Below, one piece after another: positions 51,988 to 63,871 of a stretch of 64,000 nt of DNA. Below the pieces are notes generated by a model. The model was not told where the DNA came from, made no database searches, and worked only from the letters and a program-made list of their open reading frames with translations. A program made the position numbers and the translations under genes. The stretch spans positions 32,001 to 96,000 of the forward strand of contig CAWHWX010000019.1 of assembly GCA_963833125.1 (NCBI GenBank). The letters are read 5' to 3'. The stretch's first letter is position 1. The number at the start of each line of letters is the position of its first letter. This stretch comes from Candidatus Bathyarchaeota archaeon (GTDB taxonomy: Archaea > Thermoproteota > Bathyarchaeia > 40CM-2-53-6).

Positions 51988-52995
51988 TTAGGAAAAGTTT
52001 CCAGGGTCAACATCCCTCAGCACTGAAAGGTAAGTCGAAACATAATCACCGAAAGTTATAGCGCTAAGTAACCACCCCAATCTATTGTCGCCTGCCACTT
52101 CGAAACTAATGGCCCGCGCAAATCCGAGCTGCGAAAGCAACTCAACCAACCTTTTCTCCGTTCTTTCATCCCCTCCTGTTTGGTTTTGGTTACAAAGAAT
52201 AATTGGTTGAGTTCGAGACAGCTCCGTGAGCGTCTTCAACCCTTCAATGTCATTATGGTATGCTTCTGGGAGGGCGAGGTAGAATGCTGGAACTTTGCTG
52301 TTCTCGTTAAGCTCATTTTTGAATCGGCGAAGCACACTAATGTTGTCCTCGCTCCCTAACAGGACGGGGAGATGATCCTTGAGTGCGACAGCCATCTGCT
52401 TCGCCTGATTCTTGGTCAGCGGGACTGATGGCTTTACCGAAGTGATTATTTGCCGGACCGACCGTGAAGCCGTATCAAGCAGTTTCTGAGTATCCTTGAG
52501 AACGCCTCCTTGACCCAAGACATAGGCCAGTGCCGCTACGAGTTCAGGTAACGCCAATCTTGGAGGCATGCCTCCATCGACCTTCACGTAAGGGATTCCT
52601 TGGGATTGCGCAGTGGCGAGAAGTTTCCCACCGGAGCAAACTACAGCAACGTTTGCTCCGTTACGCTTTGCTTGCTCGAACAATCCAAGTGTTTCGGCGG
52701 TATCTCCGGAGTAACTAATCGCAATGAATAGGGTATTCTTTCCCACATAACGCGGCATTCCAACAGATCTACAAACCGCCACAGGAATACCGACTTCACT
52801 CCGCAAGTAGTCTGTGAGGATATCCCCAACAATTCCGGAACCTCCCACGCCCCCAAAGACGATGTTCATAGGGCTTTGAAAGCGAATTCGGCAGGTGGAA
52901 TCGGCATTTGATGGTGGAACCAGACGATCTGGAGTCCTCTCAATCGCCGCCAGCATATCCGATTGGTCCACCCCTTCGAATTTCAGTCGGCTCAT
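51988..52995 (-). CDS. Bifunctional phosphoglucose/phosphomannose isomerase
   Basis: GVGGSGIVGD, ISYSGDTAET, RFKNELNENSK, PEAYHNDIEG. Confidence 0.9.
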   Translation of the reverse strand: MSRLKFEGVDQSDMLAAIERTPDRLVPPSNADSTCRIRFQSPMNIVFGGVGGSGIVGDILTDYLRSEVGIPVAVCRSVGMPRYVGKNTLFIAISYSGDTAETLGLFEQAKRNGANVAVVCSGGKLLATAQSQGIPYVKVDGGMPPRLALPELVAALAYVLGQGGVLKDTQKLLDTASRSVRQIITSVKPSVPLTKNQAKQMAVALKDHLPVLLGSEDNISVLRRFKNELNENSKVPAFYLALPEAYHNDIEGLKTLTELSRTQPIILCNQNQTGGDERTEKRLVELLSQLGFARAISFEVAGDNRLGWLLSAITFGDYVSTYLSVLRDVDPGNFS

Positions 52996-53041
52996 CTAGG
53001 CTCATTTTCTCTCCCCTTGAGACCAACCTTCCCCAATAGAT

Positions 53042-53526
53042 TCATTCTTTCTTTGTAGTCTTTGGGGTGTCTCGTTCCTCGGCGTCCAATTCTTTGAATC
53101 GTGTTTCCACGAATTCAGCCACTCGTTCCTGACCATATTTCTTCAATTCGCTTTGTTTCTTCAATTGTTGTTCGATTGTGCGAAGCAGTTCAGTCATGTT
53201 GATTGGCTTGACCAAATAGCCGTTGGCGCCCTTGTTTACCGCGTCGATTGCATTCTGTAGTGCGGGGTATCCTGTGAGGATGATCTTGACCATCTCTGGG
53301 GTTGTTTGTTTCATGGAGGTTAGGACTTTCGTGCCTTCCATGTCTGGGAGGCGAATGTCTACGAGCGCAAGGTTATAGAAGTTGGTTTGAGATTTCGCAC
53401 GGCATCCTTGCCGTTGCTCGCGGTATCGACCACGTATCCTTCAGTCTTCAGAGCTTCAGCGACAACTTTGCGAATACCTTCATCGTCGTCTACGACGAGT
53501 ATTCTGCCTTCCGTGCCTTCACTCAT
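53042..53526 (-). CDS. Stand-alone response regulator receiver (frameshift near 53390)
   Basis: RILVVDDD, ALVDIRLPDMEG, ILTGYP, YLVKP. Confidence 0.85.
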
Positions 53527-56500
53527 AATTGTTCACCTCCAGCCTGGTCTGTTGGATTGGAAGTTTCATCGTGAATGTCGTCCCCTTTCCGACTGTGCTC
53601 TGAAAGGAAATAGAGCCGCCATGGGCTTCTGTAATGCGTCTGCAGATTGGCAGCCCCAGCCCAATTCCCTTCGCCTTCGTCGTGTGTAATGGTGTCCAAA
53701 TCTTCTCGACCATGTCCTGGGAGATTCCAACCCCTGTGTCGCGAATGGATATCGATACCTCTTTTTGTGGTTTATGCTGGAGATGGACAGTTTTCCTCCT
53801 TCCGGCATTGCGTCAATAGCGTTTTGAATAAGGTTGGCAAGTACACGTTCAATCTTGGGAACGTCGACAAGAATCTCTGGGGTGTCCGTCGTCGTATCCT
53901 CTATCATAACGTTCTGTGGAACCTTGATGCCCTTGAACGTCTGTGCTACGATCGATTTCGGTGTGGCGGGTAGTAGTTGGAGTTGCATTTCTCTTGAAAA
54001 CTCCAACAGGTCGTTGACGATTCCATTTGCGTACTGAACTCCGTTGTCTATTACCTCTAGCATCTCGTTCGTGGAAGGATCGATGGAATCGCGGAAGTGC
54101 CTTCTTATGTTGTAAGCGGCTCCGGCTATACCTTGGAGAGGGTTACGTAGGTCATGACCAACCATACCCGCGGTTTCTCCAATCGCCGCGAACCGCTGCG
54201 ATTTAACAAGCTGCGCTTCCAACCGTTTCTGGGGAGTCAAATCGACTAGGCAGAACAGAACTTTACCGAGCGATTGCTCGTAACCCGGAACCACAGCAGA
54301 AATCAGGTTGCAATGCTTCGTTTCGCCGAGCAGCGTTCTGATTTCGACTTCTGCTTCAAAATACTGCTTGCCTTTGGCCAACGAAACTATATCGCCCAAA
54401 AATTCTTGATTCGAGCCTGGTGTGAAGATGCGGCTTACCCGTTCGCCTCCGATAATTTCATCGGCCGACTTCGCGCCGTAGAGATCTAGCGTAGCTTTGT
54501 TCACGTTGACAACTCGGATGAGTGTAGAGCATTTGGCGAGGTCCTTCGGATGGTTAGCGAAGTGATCGTCAAAATCGGAAACGCCTCTTTGTCGTAATTC
54601 ATCTAAGAATTGTTTGACTTCAGTGAGGTCGTCCTCCCACAGCGATACCGGAGAGGCTTCGAACAACTCACGGTACCTCTCCTCACTTCCTCGTAGTTCG
54701 GCCTCCAATCGTTTCTGGGGAGTCAAATCGACTATACAGATCAGGACCTTAGCGAGTGACTGCTCGTAACCAGGAATGACACAGCATATCACGTCACAAT
54801 GCTTCGTCTCGCCTTGCAGCGTTCTGTTGTCCATTTCTGCCTCATAGTACGTCTTGCCTTGAGCCAACGCAACAAGTTCGCCTGAGAATTGTTTCCGATT
54901 TGATTCCTCTGTCAAGACTCCGCTTAAACCTCCGACAATCTCATCTATTGACTTCGCCCCGTAGAGGTTTAAAGTAGCTTTATTCACGTTGACAACATTC
55001 ACCATTGCAAGACATTTGTCAACGTCGCCAGGGTTATTAGAGAAGTGGTCGCCAAAATCTGAAACTCCCTTTTGCCGTAATTCATTTAGGAATTGTCTCA
55101 CTGCCGAGAAGTCTTCCTCCCAGAGTGATATCGGGCAGGCATCAAACAGTTCACGATATTTTTCCTCGCTTTCCTGTAGTTTCCTGGTTCTCTCTGCAAT
55201 CAGATCCTCTAGATGCAGCGATTGTTGCCTCAACTTCTGTTCCAACCGTCACGTTCGGTGACATCAGGAGTATTCCTTCATGGTAAATGATGTTTCCTTG
55301 TTCGTCGTGAACATAACGGCCGTGGTCTTCTACCCAAATCTCTGAACCATCCTTCCGGCGCATACGGTATGCCTCCACTTCTTCTTGACCAGTATCCAGA
55401 ATGTGGCTTCCACGTTCTTCGGCCGAGAAATACAGTTCCTTCCTGATGTCCATAATGGACAACACTTCCTGTTTACTCGCGTACCCGAACATCTTCACAA
55501 AAGCAGGGTTGACGTCGACAAATCGCCCCTCGTGTGTGCTAAGATATACTCCATCCAGCATCTGATCAAAGAGAGAACGGTATCGTTCTTCCGATTGACG
55601 AAGCTTCTCTTCATTACCCTTGCGTTCAGTGATGTCAACAAAAGAAAATTGAATTGCCGGCTTTTCTTCGTAGGTGATTTTCGTAGCTCTAGTCAAGACT
55701 GGTATTTCCGAACCGTCCTTCCTGGTCAGGCTTATCTCATAAGGAGGGAGGTCCTCGCCACGCTGCCTCTTGACAGCGTTTTCCTTGAGCAAACTCCTAG
55801 ATTTCTGCGACACTACCTTCTCTATTGGGTCAATAGACGATACTAATTCTTCGTAAGTCCAACCCAACTTGAGGATTGCCGCACTGTTGATGTACCTCAG
55901 AACTCCATCCTGGAAAATACCGATTAGGTTGGGAGAATTCTCAACCATCGCACGATACTTCTCCTCACTCTCCTGCAGCGCCTTATCCATGCGTGCGCGT
56001 TCCGCTATGCCTTGATCGATCTCTGCGCCGATCCCAATGCTCAATCTCCCAGTAACCAAGATCACTACTGCGAGCCATCCCAACAGCTCCAACGACGTTA
56101 CGAGTGATTCAGGGTAGATACTTCCCAGCATTTCATCAATGACGAGAGAAGTCACCAATGTCAGTGCTGAGGCTGGAAGAAAAGCTCGCAGCAGCCTAGC
56201 CTGTACCGAATCCCCCGTTAAAGTCCGCATTGGCCAACATTCTCGCCCAGCTGCAGCCCAGATCTCTGTTCCCAAGAATAGGAAGGCGATCGCCGCTAGA
56301 ATTGAGACTGGTATTATTGGGCTGCCATAAAGCAGCGGGGCCTGGTACAAGTAGCCGATACTCGTCACGACTCCGCATGATAGGATAACTATCCCAAGCA
56401 AAGCGACACTAGCTCTCGTCCGCGTCCCTGAAGACGAGACGAGTAAGATCAGCGAAAGGCCCCCAAGGAGGAACATAACGCTCGTGACGATGGATATCCT

Positions 56501-56965
56501 GGCTAGCGGATATCCCTGAAGGGTAGCAGGATGAGGAAATATCACTGCCTCGATACTGAAACTTCCCGGAATCAGGGCGTCATAGATGGTTAATGAGGTC
56601 AACATTACAACGAGAACACCCACAAATCCGACTGGTATTCTAAACCGGGAATATTCAGGTCCCACACCGTACAGAAAGCACGATGCCCCCAGCAACACGA
56701 CGAGGACAATGGTCAATGGAGCAATTGGAACAAACAACGGGTTAATTTGTGCAATGTTAAGCTGGCCGGTCACCCAGGCTAGAGTTCCAAACGCACCAAT
56801 TGCTGCTAATGCGGTAAAGCATATTGAGATTATGAGCGGAAGTCTTGATCTATCCTCAGATATCGATGAGACCAATCCACTCTTCCTAAGCTTGAGTTTC
56901 TTTTCTTTTTTTCTTTCTTTTTCGATCAACATATGCCTATGTAACTTTACTGACGGATTCTGCAT
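53519..56965 (-). CDS. Membrane-bound multi-PAS sensor histidine kinase (frameshifts near 55250 and 53760)
   Basis: TM region, four PAS domains, H-box GHDLRNPLQ, NLIQNAIDAM, TTKAKGIGLGL. Confidence 0.9.
54224..55170 (-). repeat. Internal tandem duplication of a PAS module (period 486 nt)
   Basis: CGTTTCTGGGGAGTCAAATCGACTA at 54224 and 54710; repeated YRELF..SLWE.D...VDLTPQKRLEA. Confidence 0.85.
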
Positions 56966-57274
56966 TTCTTCTTCGCCTCATCAACATATTCCAGGAGAGT
57001 GCGATTAGGATTGAGTGTGAACTCGAGCCCCAATTTGAGGTAGAATGTTTTGGCGATAGCTTTAGTTATAGTTTCTGTGCCGAGCGCCAAAAATCTGCTC
57101 TAGCGCAGTTAGTAGACTGTCAAGACTGTCAGGGAGTTGATCTCTCGAAATAGCGTGAAATGTCTGGAGATGGACATATAGCGCATCAACCACAGCTCGG
57201 CTAAGAAGATCAGTGATGGTTTCGTCTATGGATTCGACCAATGCATCATTGAACTCCCGTTGTGGTTGTCGCAA
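56947..57274 (-). CDS. Small helical protein of the type found beside archaeal two-component genes (frameshifted)
   Basis: FNDALVESIDETITDLL...LEQIFG then LGLEF...LLEYVDEAK. Confidence 0.55.
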
Positions 57275-57321
57275 TTCAATTCAATTTTGAAGGTGCCCGA
57301 ACATTGTTGCGCCCTATCGAT

Positions 57322-57483
57322 TTACTCTTCGATCTTCACCGTGCCTCGCTTTACCAGAATCCTGTCGTGGTCTTTGACGAACACTATTAGATCGCCGTTG
57401 TCAGCCCTGAGGAATTCTCTTACGAATTTCGGGAGGGTTAATTGATATTTCCCCGTAATAGTCGACTTGCCTACGACTTCCAT
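57322..57483 (-). CDS. AbrB/MazE/SpoVT-family DNA-binding protein
   Basis: STITGKYQLTLPKFVREFL...GDLIVF. Confidence 0.85.
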   Translation of the reverse strand: MEVVGKSTITGKYQLTLPKFVREFLRADNGDLIVFVKDHDRILVKRGTVKIEE

Positions 57484-57628
57484 GGAATCACACCTTAATG
57501 GAAGCATGGAATCCATGATCATAGACGTTCTGTCACCGTCGACAGTACCGTTGGGTGACACCCTGAAATCCTTCTATCTGCTGGTTAGATTCATCTTTTA
57601 AGAACCGAATCGATGCCTGGAGTCGGTC

Positions 57629-58498
57629 TTGATGACAAGAGGGGGGTATATGGGGAGGCGGTTCTCGGTTGCTATTCCAGGCTCAGTGGTCTCGGATACA
57701 CCACATCTACGTGAAAAAACTGCTAAGCTTGGAGCAATCGCAAGGGCGTGCTCAATCTTCGGAGTGACCGAGATCATTCTCTATCCCGATGATCCCAATC
57801 GCGATCAAGGAGCGGACCTGCAATTCTGTACCGACATTCTAACCTACATTGAGACGCCACAATATCTCCGCCGGAAATTGTTCAAGCTGAGCCCCACGTT
57901 CGAATTCACGGGCATCTTACCCCCACTACAGATCCCTCCACATAATGTACCAAGCTCTCTGTCGGAAGTCCAAGTGGGGGATTTTAGAGATGGCGTGGTT
58001 GCTGCGCGTAGCGGCTCAGATGTGGAGGTTGATGCTGGACTAAAGGAAACTGTCGAATGTCAAGGAAATTATCAGGTCGGCGAAAGAGTTACGCTTCAAC
58101 TCACTCAAGCGGGGATGGAGTTGCGTGGGAAAATCGTAGAAGCATCGAGTACGAACCTATATTGGGGCTACGGAGTAACCCGCTCAAAATTCAAGCTTGC
58201 ATGCCTGCTTGAGAGTGAACAATTCAATCTAAAGATCGGTACGTCACGATATGGGACGCCTGTAGAAGAGGTTTGGGCGGAGATCAGTCAATCGCTGAGT
58301 GATGTTGAATCAGTTCTAATCGCTTTCGGCTCACCTAAAAGGGGATTACTGGATATTCTCGGTCAAGAAGGCAAGAAACCAAAGGATCTCTTTCACTTCT
58401 TCGTAAACACGGTCCCCTCTCAGCAAGTCGCGACCGTTCGAACAGAAGAGGCTTTATTCATCACGTTGGGCATGCTTAACGAAATGAAACTTAAGTGA
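57629..58498 (+). CDS. SPOUT-family RNA methyltransferase (DUF171-like)
   Basis: LREKTAKLGAIARA, ETPQYLRR, VNTVPSQQVATVRTEEA. Confidence 0.9.
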   Translation: MMTRGGYMGRRFSVAIPGSVVSDTPHLREKTAKLGAIARACSIFGVTEIILYPDDPNRDQGADLQFCTDILTYIETPQYLRRKLFKLSPTFEFTGILPPLQIPPHNVPSSLSEVQVGDFRDGVVAARSGSDVEVDAGLKETVECQGNYQVGERVTLQLTQAGMELRGKIVEASSTNLYWGYGVTRSKFKLACLLESEQFNLKIGTSRYGTPVEEVWAEISQSLSDVESVLIAFGSPKRGLLDILGQEGKKPKDLFHFFVNTVPSQQVATVRTEEALFITLGMLNEMKLK

Positions 58499-58504
58499 CT
58501 ACCC

Positions 58505-59299
58505 TTGGCAAAAACGATTCCGCTTTATGGCGCAGATGGGAAATCTGCCGGAACGGTGTCTCTTCCACGATTTTTCGAAGCCCCCGTGCGCGCTGATCTC
58601 ATCAGACGCGCGGTCGTGGCCATACAAAGTCATTCCTTCCAACCCCAGGGCCGGAATCCGATGGCCGGCAAAAGAACGACGGCCGCATCTTTGGGAGTCG
58701 GGCACGGAATGTCTCGAATCCCACGGGTTAAAGGTGAACGATATGCGAGGGGTGGACTGGCCGGGTTTGCGCCGAGTACCGTTAAGGGGCGGTTAACGTT
58801 TCCACCTACATCAGCAAAGCGCTCTGGTAAGAAGATAAATCGAAAGGAGCTTAGGCTCGCAATGCTCTCCGCGGTTGCAGCCACTTCCTCCAATCCCTTG
58901 GTTCAAGCTCGTGGGCATAGAATCGCAGACGACTTAGAACTGCCCCTCGTCGTTTCGGACGATGCAGAGAAACTAACGAAGAGCTCTGAAGCGGAGAAGA
59001 TACTCAAGAACATTGGAGTGTGGGAGGATGTTGAGAGAGCCTCTGAGCGAAAGATTCGCAGCGGAAAAGGCAGCGTACGCGGACGTCCTCACAAAACACG
59101 CGTGAGCGCATTGATTGTTGTCTCGAAACGCCAAGGCGCGGAAAGAGCCTTTGGCAATTTCAGTGGTGTCGGCGTTGTAGACGTATCCAGCCTAAACGTT
59201 AGTGACCTAGCCCCCGGAACTCAACCAGGTCGACTAACTATATGGACCGAGTCAGCTATCAAAGGGCTTGAGACCCGCATGGGAGGAACTCCGGCTTGA
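58505..59299 (+). CDS. rpl4: 50S ribosomal protein uL4
   Basis: [36 protein letters not shown]. Confidence 0.95.
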   Translation: MAKTIPLYGADGKSAGTVSLPRFFEAPVRADLIRRAVVAIQSHSFQPQGRNPMAGKRTTAASLGVGHGMSRIPRVKGERYARGGLAGFAPSTVKGRLTFPPTSAKRSGKKINRKELRLAMLSAVAATSSNPLVQARGHRIADDLELPLVVSDDAEKLTKSSEAEKILKNIGVWEDVERASERKIRSGKGSVRGRPHKTRVSALIVVSKRQGAERAFGNFSGVGVVDVSSLNVSDLAPGTQPGRLTIWTESAIKGLETRMGGTPA

Positions 59300-59566
59300 C
59301 AAAGCTAGCAACAAACGACGTAGTCAGGTACCCCTTGCTCTCCGAAGACGCCGTGACGCTGCTCGAAGCGGAGAATAAAATCACGTTCATTGTCGATAGA
59401 CGCTCAGACAAACACGACATCAAACGGGCGGTTCAAGAACTCTACGAAGTCAAGGTTCTAGACGTAAGAACCCTAATCACACCAGAGGGCGACAAGAAGG
59501 CCTTCGTCAGACTCACGCACGGACTTCAAAGCTTCTGATCTAGCGGTCAGGTTAGGCATACTATAG
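59296..59566 (+). CDS. rpl23: 50S ribosomal protein uL23 (C-terminal frameshift)
   Basis: [26 protein letters not shown], shifted-frame [11 protein letters not shown]. Confidence 0.92.
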
Positions 59567-59645
59567 AAAATTGTGCTCATCATACGCACCTCGAAGCGGC
59601 AACATTATTTAGAACAGAACCGAACGATCGCTGATGTGCTAAGTC

Positions 59646-60047
59646 TTGCCTCGTGAATTCCTATACAGAGGTCATACCTTCGAAGCGTTGCAACAGATGT
59701 CTATGGACGAATTCATCAGAATACTCCCCTCGAGGCAAAGACGGTCCCTTACTCGGGGATTGACTGCTGAGCAACGAACATTGATGGAGCTCATCCGAAA
59801 TTACCGCAGGACCAAGTCGAAGGATGCTAAGCCGATTAAGACACATTGCAGGGACATGGTGGTTATCCCCGAAATGGTAGGGTTGAATCTCCTGATCCAC
59901 AGCGGTAAGGAATTTACCGCGCTCGACATCAAACCCGAAATGTTAGGCCACTACGTCGGAGAATTCGTAATCACAAACAAGAAAGTACAACACGGAACAC
60001 CAGGCATCGGAGCATCAAGAAGCTCAATGTACGTGCCACTTAAGTAG
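59646..60047 (+). CDS. rps19: 30S ribosomal protein uS19
   Basis: FLYRG, IKTHCRDM, EMLGHYVGEF, GASRSSMYVPLK. Confidence 0.95.
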   Translation: MPREFLYRGHTFEALQQMSMDEFIRILPSRQRRSLTRGLTAEQRTLMELIRNYRRTKSKDAKPIKTHCRDMVVIPEMVGLNLLIHSGKEFTALDIKPEMLGHYVGEFVITNKKVQHGTPGIGASRSSMYVPLK

Positions 60048-60102
60048 GCATCATTCTGACCGGGGCTCCTCAACTCAAATAGCCTGACCTTCTCTGGTCC
60101 GG

Positions 60103-60381
60103 CTAGTGAACTCTACTAGATTCTAACTGCTCCGTCTTTTCGCGAACACAGAAACCTGGGATAGCGATTACTACGCCCAACACTAGTGCGATGAGAATTG
60201 ATAGAGCATCGCTTGAGGGCTGCGGGCTGGCTTGCGTTACGTTCGGCTGGGCAGTCTGTTGCATCAAGAGCTGCGCTCGCGGGGCGGTAGTTGGTGAAAC
60301 ATATGGAACGTATCCTACTGCTACGCCAATAAGAATGCCCAGCAGGGCGGCTAACCAGATTCTCTTCTCCATCTTCTTCAA
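60103..60381 (-). CDS. Small two-TM membrane protein
   Basis: Two hydrophobic helices with a Q/P/S-rich linker; abuts the wHTH gene. Confidence 0.55.
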   Translation of the reverse strand: MKKMEKRIWLAALLGILIGVAVGYVPYVSPTTAPRAQLLMQQTAQPNVTQASPQPSSDALSILIALVLGVVIAIPGFCVREKTEQLESSRVH

Positions 60382-60882
60382 TTAGACTTCAGCCTCAATT
60401 TGGATAACTCTACGTTTTCGAACAACGATTTCCCCTAAAGAACGCTGGTCCTTCCACATACGCAGGCATTCATACCAAGAGATACCCGCGCCAGCAGCCC
60501 CCAGCACAATGCCAGCCGGCTCTACCGTGCCGGTTTGAAGGATTGCTTCAATGGAATACGCCAGTACGGCCGTCGTAAGGAAGATTGCGTAGAACAGGTA
60601 TCGGGGTAGTATAAGGTGGCCAACTTTGAGAAACGACTTCAAGGACCCTATCTGAACCTGCTGCTTCAGAAAATAGTCACCGCCAGAATCCTTGTCAACC
60701 ACCCCTAGCTCACGAAGCTTCTCGAGATGGTACAAGGCGATGCTCGGACTTGACATAGAAAGCGCCCTCTGGGTTTCGCGAACACCCACGGATCCGGAAC
60801 TCTTGAACAGGTACCAATACACCCTAAGTGTTGTACCATGAATCTCGCTTTCTCTCGTTGGTGGAGACTTGGTGGATTCCAA
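60382..60882 (-). CDS. Winged-helix DNA-binding protein with two C-terminal TM helices
   Basis: GVRETQRALSMSSPSIALYHLEKL, LPRYLFYA. Confidence 0.8.
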   Translation of the reverse strand: MESTKSPPTRESEIHGTTLRVYWYLFKSSGSVGVRETQRALSMSSPSIALYHLEKLRELGVVDKDSGGDYFLKQQVQIGSLKSFLKVGHLILPRYLFYAIFLTTAVLAYSIEAILQTGTVEPAGIVLGAAGAGISWYECLRMWKDQRSLGEIVVRKRRVIQIEAEV

Positions 60883-60994
60883 TGTTAGGTCAGTAAGAAA
60901 GTATGCTTGAGACTAGATAGAACTTACTTCAGGACGAAAAGCCGAGTCGGCATTGGAAAAGTTCTATTCACGCGTCAAGTCATTACAATTAGGG

Positions 60995-61252
60995 TCTGTC
61001 TTGGCTAGACGTGAATGGCAGAGGAGTCGGCGCAGAATGGTTCCCGGAAGGAGAATGGAATCTGAGAAGATTTCGGACTTGAGTGAAGCTACTAGGCGTG
61101 CGGAGGTATTCGCTAGAACCGCGTGGCATCAGGCAGCGGTTACCGACAAGTACGAAGATGCGGAGTTCTATGTTGTCAAGGGCGTATCTCCCAGGGGCGA
61201 GTGGACAGTTATGTTCGATAAGAAAAGTGGCAAGAGAGTAATCCCTCCATAA
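60995..61252 (+). CDS. Small hypothetical protein (start uncertain)
   Basis: C-terminal part of ORF 60953..61252; ATG at 61054 preceded by GGAG. Confidence 0.4.
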   Translation, partial: SVLARREWQRSRRRMVPGRRMESEKISDLSEATRRAEVFARTAWHQAAVTDKYEDAEFYVVKGVSPRGEWTVMFDKKSGKRVIPP

Positions 61253-61384
61253 TACGGGTGACCTTAGGTCTGATGGTGCCGCACACAGATTCAAAGTTGC
61301 TCGGTGCACTCACATAGCCTGTCGGTGACAACCCCGCTAGTCCAGATAGGCTCTCCCTGTCTAGGAAAGCAAGCAGGGACTGAT

Positions 61385-62300
61385 TTAGAGCATTTTGCGG
61401 ATTTCTTCCATGTTCCGGAGGAAGTCCTTCTCGGTTTGCGTATCTGGTGAGAATGTAGGGTCTAGAATCAGCTCGTCAGGTCCGTGTGCTTTGATTGCTG
61501 CCACATCCTCCTTGATCTGTGCTAGCGTCCCCGAAAAGAACGCTCTATCTTTTCCTTGTGATTGTGGAGTAACGGCGAAGTTGTATCGAGCGATAACTCT
61601 TCAAATTGGCTGGATCGCGTCCCACCTCTTTCACCAGGCTTTTGAGTTGCGTTGTAGTCGATTTGAGTTGCTCGACTGTCATGCCTACCGGCATCCATCC
61701 GTCAGCCAGCTTGGCTGTTCGTTTCATTGCGGCTGGGGAGAATGCGGCTAGGTAAATCGGAGGGTGAGGTTTCTGGACTGGTTTCGGTTGGATTATGGAT
61801 TTTGGAAGTTGGAAGTATTTGCCGTGAAACTCTGCGGGGTCGGTGGTCCATATTGCACGAAGTACGCCTATGAACTCATCTGCGCGTTTGCCACGTGTTT
61901 TCACATTCGCTCCGGTGGCGTCATATTCATCTTTCGACCAACCGAGCCCGAAACCAACTCTTAGCCTGCCTCGGGATAAAACATCCAGCGTGGTTAAGCG
62001 ACGTGCTAGGGTCACTGGATTATAGAAGGGAATATCCAGTACGCTCGTTCCTAATGCTACCCGGCTGGTATGTGCAGCGGCGAACGTCAGCGTCTCCAAC
62101 GGGTCGAAAACACGTTTGTAAGGGTCAGGTAGGGGACCACCGAAGTATGGTGTCTGAGGATTCGTGGGGTAAAGTAATCGATCCGTCACCCAAACGCTAT
62201 CATACTTCAACTCCTCAGCCCGTTTCGCAACCGTAACAATCGAATCAGCGTTAGCAGCAGGGCCTATCTGCGGAAGGAAAAATCCGATTTTCATGAGCAA
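61385..62300 (-). CDS. LLM-class (luciferase-like) probably F420-dependent oxidoreductase (C-terminal frameshift)
   Basis: YDSVWVTDR, DPLETLTFAAAHTSRVALGTSV, LDVLSRGRL, PKPVQKPHPPI. Confidence 0.9.
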
Positions 62301-62508
62301 TCCCGCGTGTGGAAGTAGCCGCGCTATAAATCGGTTGGCATTGTGGATTCAAATTGGTCATGCATGGCTCACGCTTCTACGACGAACATCGCAATAACAT
62401 CGCGGGAGTGACCTGAGAGACAATTCTTGCTATTTGTTTACACTATTCAGTTAACTCAACGTTTTTTAGGGGTACTGCGCACATGCGGCTGCGCACGGTG
62501 CAATCAGA

Positions 62509-62976
62509 ATGCCAAAGTGGGGATACTCGGTTAAGGAGTTCGATCCTGACCGAGCAGTCAAGTGTTCAGGAAGGGAGTTGAAAATATCCCCAAAGCACGC
62601 AACCGAAATCTGTCGAAAGCTCCGAGGAATGAGATTAGATTCCGCGAAAGATCTTCTGGAAGGAGTAACACTCAAGAAACGGGCGATAGCCTTCCGACGC
62701 TACCATAAGGAAGTACCGCACCGAAGTCTGGATGAGGGCTGGTATGCTGGCCGTTATCCAGTGAAAGCTGCGAAGACATTCCTCTTTCTGCTCGAGGAAC
62801 TCGAATCCAACGCAGAGTACAAAGGGTTGGATGTTGACCGATTAAGAATTGTCCACGCGGCTTCCCAGAGGGGAATGAAAACGCAACGTGTCATTTCGAG
62901 GGCGTATGGCAGAGCATCGCCGTACCGAAACACTCTCGTTCACATTGAGCTAATGGGCTATGAGGTAGCTGAGTGA
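62509..62976 (+). CDS. rpl22: 50S ribosomal protein uL22
   Basis: ISPKHATEIC, GRYPVKAA, RAYGRASP. Confidence 0.95.
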   Translation: MPKWGYSVKEFDPDRAVKCSGRELKISPKHATEICRKLRGMRLDSAKDLLEGVTLKKRAIAFRRYHKEVPHRSLDEGWYAGRYPVKAAKTFLFLLEELESNAEYKGLDVDRLRIVHAASQRGMKTQRVISRAYGRASPYRNTLVHIELMGYEVAE

Positions 62977-62977
62977 C

Positions 62978-63634
62978 TTGCCCCTTCACAATTATTTCGT
63001 AAAGGAAAACGCCCGTAGGGCTGAGATCGACGAATTCCTATCTCAGGAACTGAAACGGGCGGGTTACAGTAAGGTTGAGATGAGCAAGACACCTCTGGGA
63101 ACGAGAGTTGTAGTGTACGCGGCGAAACCAGGCCTAGTAATAGGCAGACGGGGCCAAAGTATTCGGGACTTAACCGCCGTCCTTGAGCAACAGTTCGGCG
63201 TTCAGAACCCGCAGATTTCGGTGGCGACACTGGAAGCGCCAGAACTTGATCCCAAGGTGGTGGCGTCTCAAATCGCAATGGCGCTTCAACGTGGAATTCA
63301 TTTTAGGCGTGCGTGCTATTGGGCCCTCCAGAGAACGATCGAGGCCGGAGCGCTAGGGGTTGAGATCTCAATTCGCGGGAAACTTACTACTGACAGAGCT
63401 CGTTATGAGAAATACAAAGCCGGTTACCTGCCTTCCGTCGGAGAGGCAATTGACAGGATCGTCCGGGTTGCAGTTGTTGACACGCAACTGAAACAGGGGC
63501 TTTTCGGGATTAGGGTTCGCCTTATGCCGCCGAATGTAAGTTTACCAGACAGACCCGTCATTCGGGATGTCCCAATGGGACCAGCTCCGTCGCCGAAGCC
63601 AGTGGTTGCTCAAGTCGCCGCGGAAGGCGGGTAG
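62978..63634 (+). CDS. rps3: 30S ribosomal protein uS3
   Basis: KTPLGT, KPGLVIGRRG, RGIHFRRA, GALGVEI. Confidence 0.95.
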   Translation: MPLHNYFVKENARRAEIDEFLSQELKRAGYSKVEMSKTPLGTRVVVYAAKPGLVIGRRGQSIRDLTAVLEQQFGVQNPQISVATLEAPELDPKVVASQIAMALQRGIHFRRACYWALQRTIEAGALGVEISIRGKLTTDRARYEKYKAGYLPSVGEAIDRIVRVAVVDTQLKQGLFGIRVRLMPPNVSLPDRPVIRDVPMGPAPSPKPVVAQVAAEGG

Positions 63635-63643
63635 TACAGGAGG

Positions 63644-63871
63644 TTGCTGAAGTTGCCGATACTTCGGAAACGTGAAATTAGGCAGCTCCTTCCTGAGGAG
63701 AGGGAGAAGAGGCTAGCCGAGATGAGGACTGAATTGGTGAAGTTGCGTACGACCGTCAAGTCCGGTGGCAATATTGATAATGTCGGAAGGATTCGAGAAC
63801 TCAAACGGACCGTGGCAAGGTTGCTTACAATCGAACATGAGAAACCCATACCTGAGGCAACTCAATCATGA
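63644..63871 (+). CDS. rpl29: 50S ribosomal protein uL29
   Basis: ILRKREIR, NVGRIRELKRTVARLLTI. Confidence 0.93.
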   Translation: MLKLPILRKREIRQLLPEEREKRLAEMRTELVKLRTTVKSGGNIDNVGRIRELKRTVARLLTIEHEKPIPEATQS

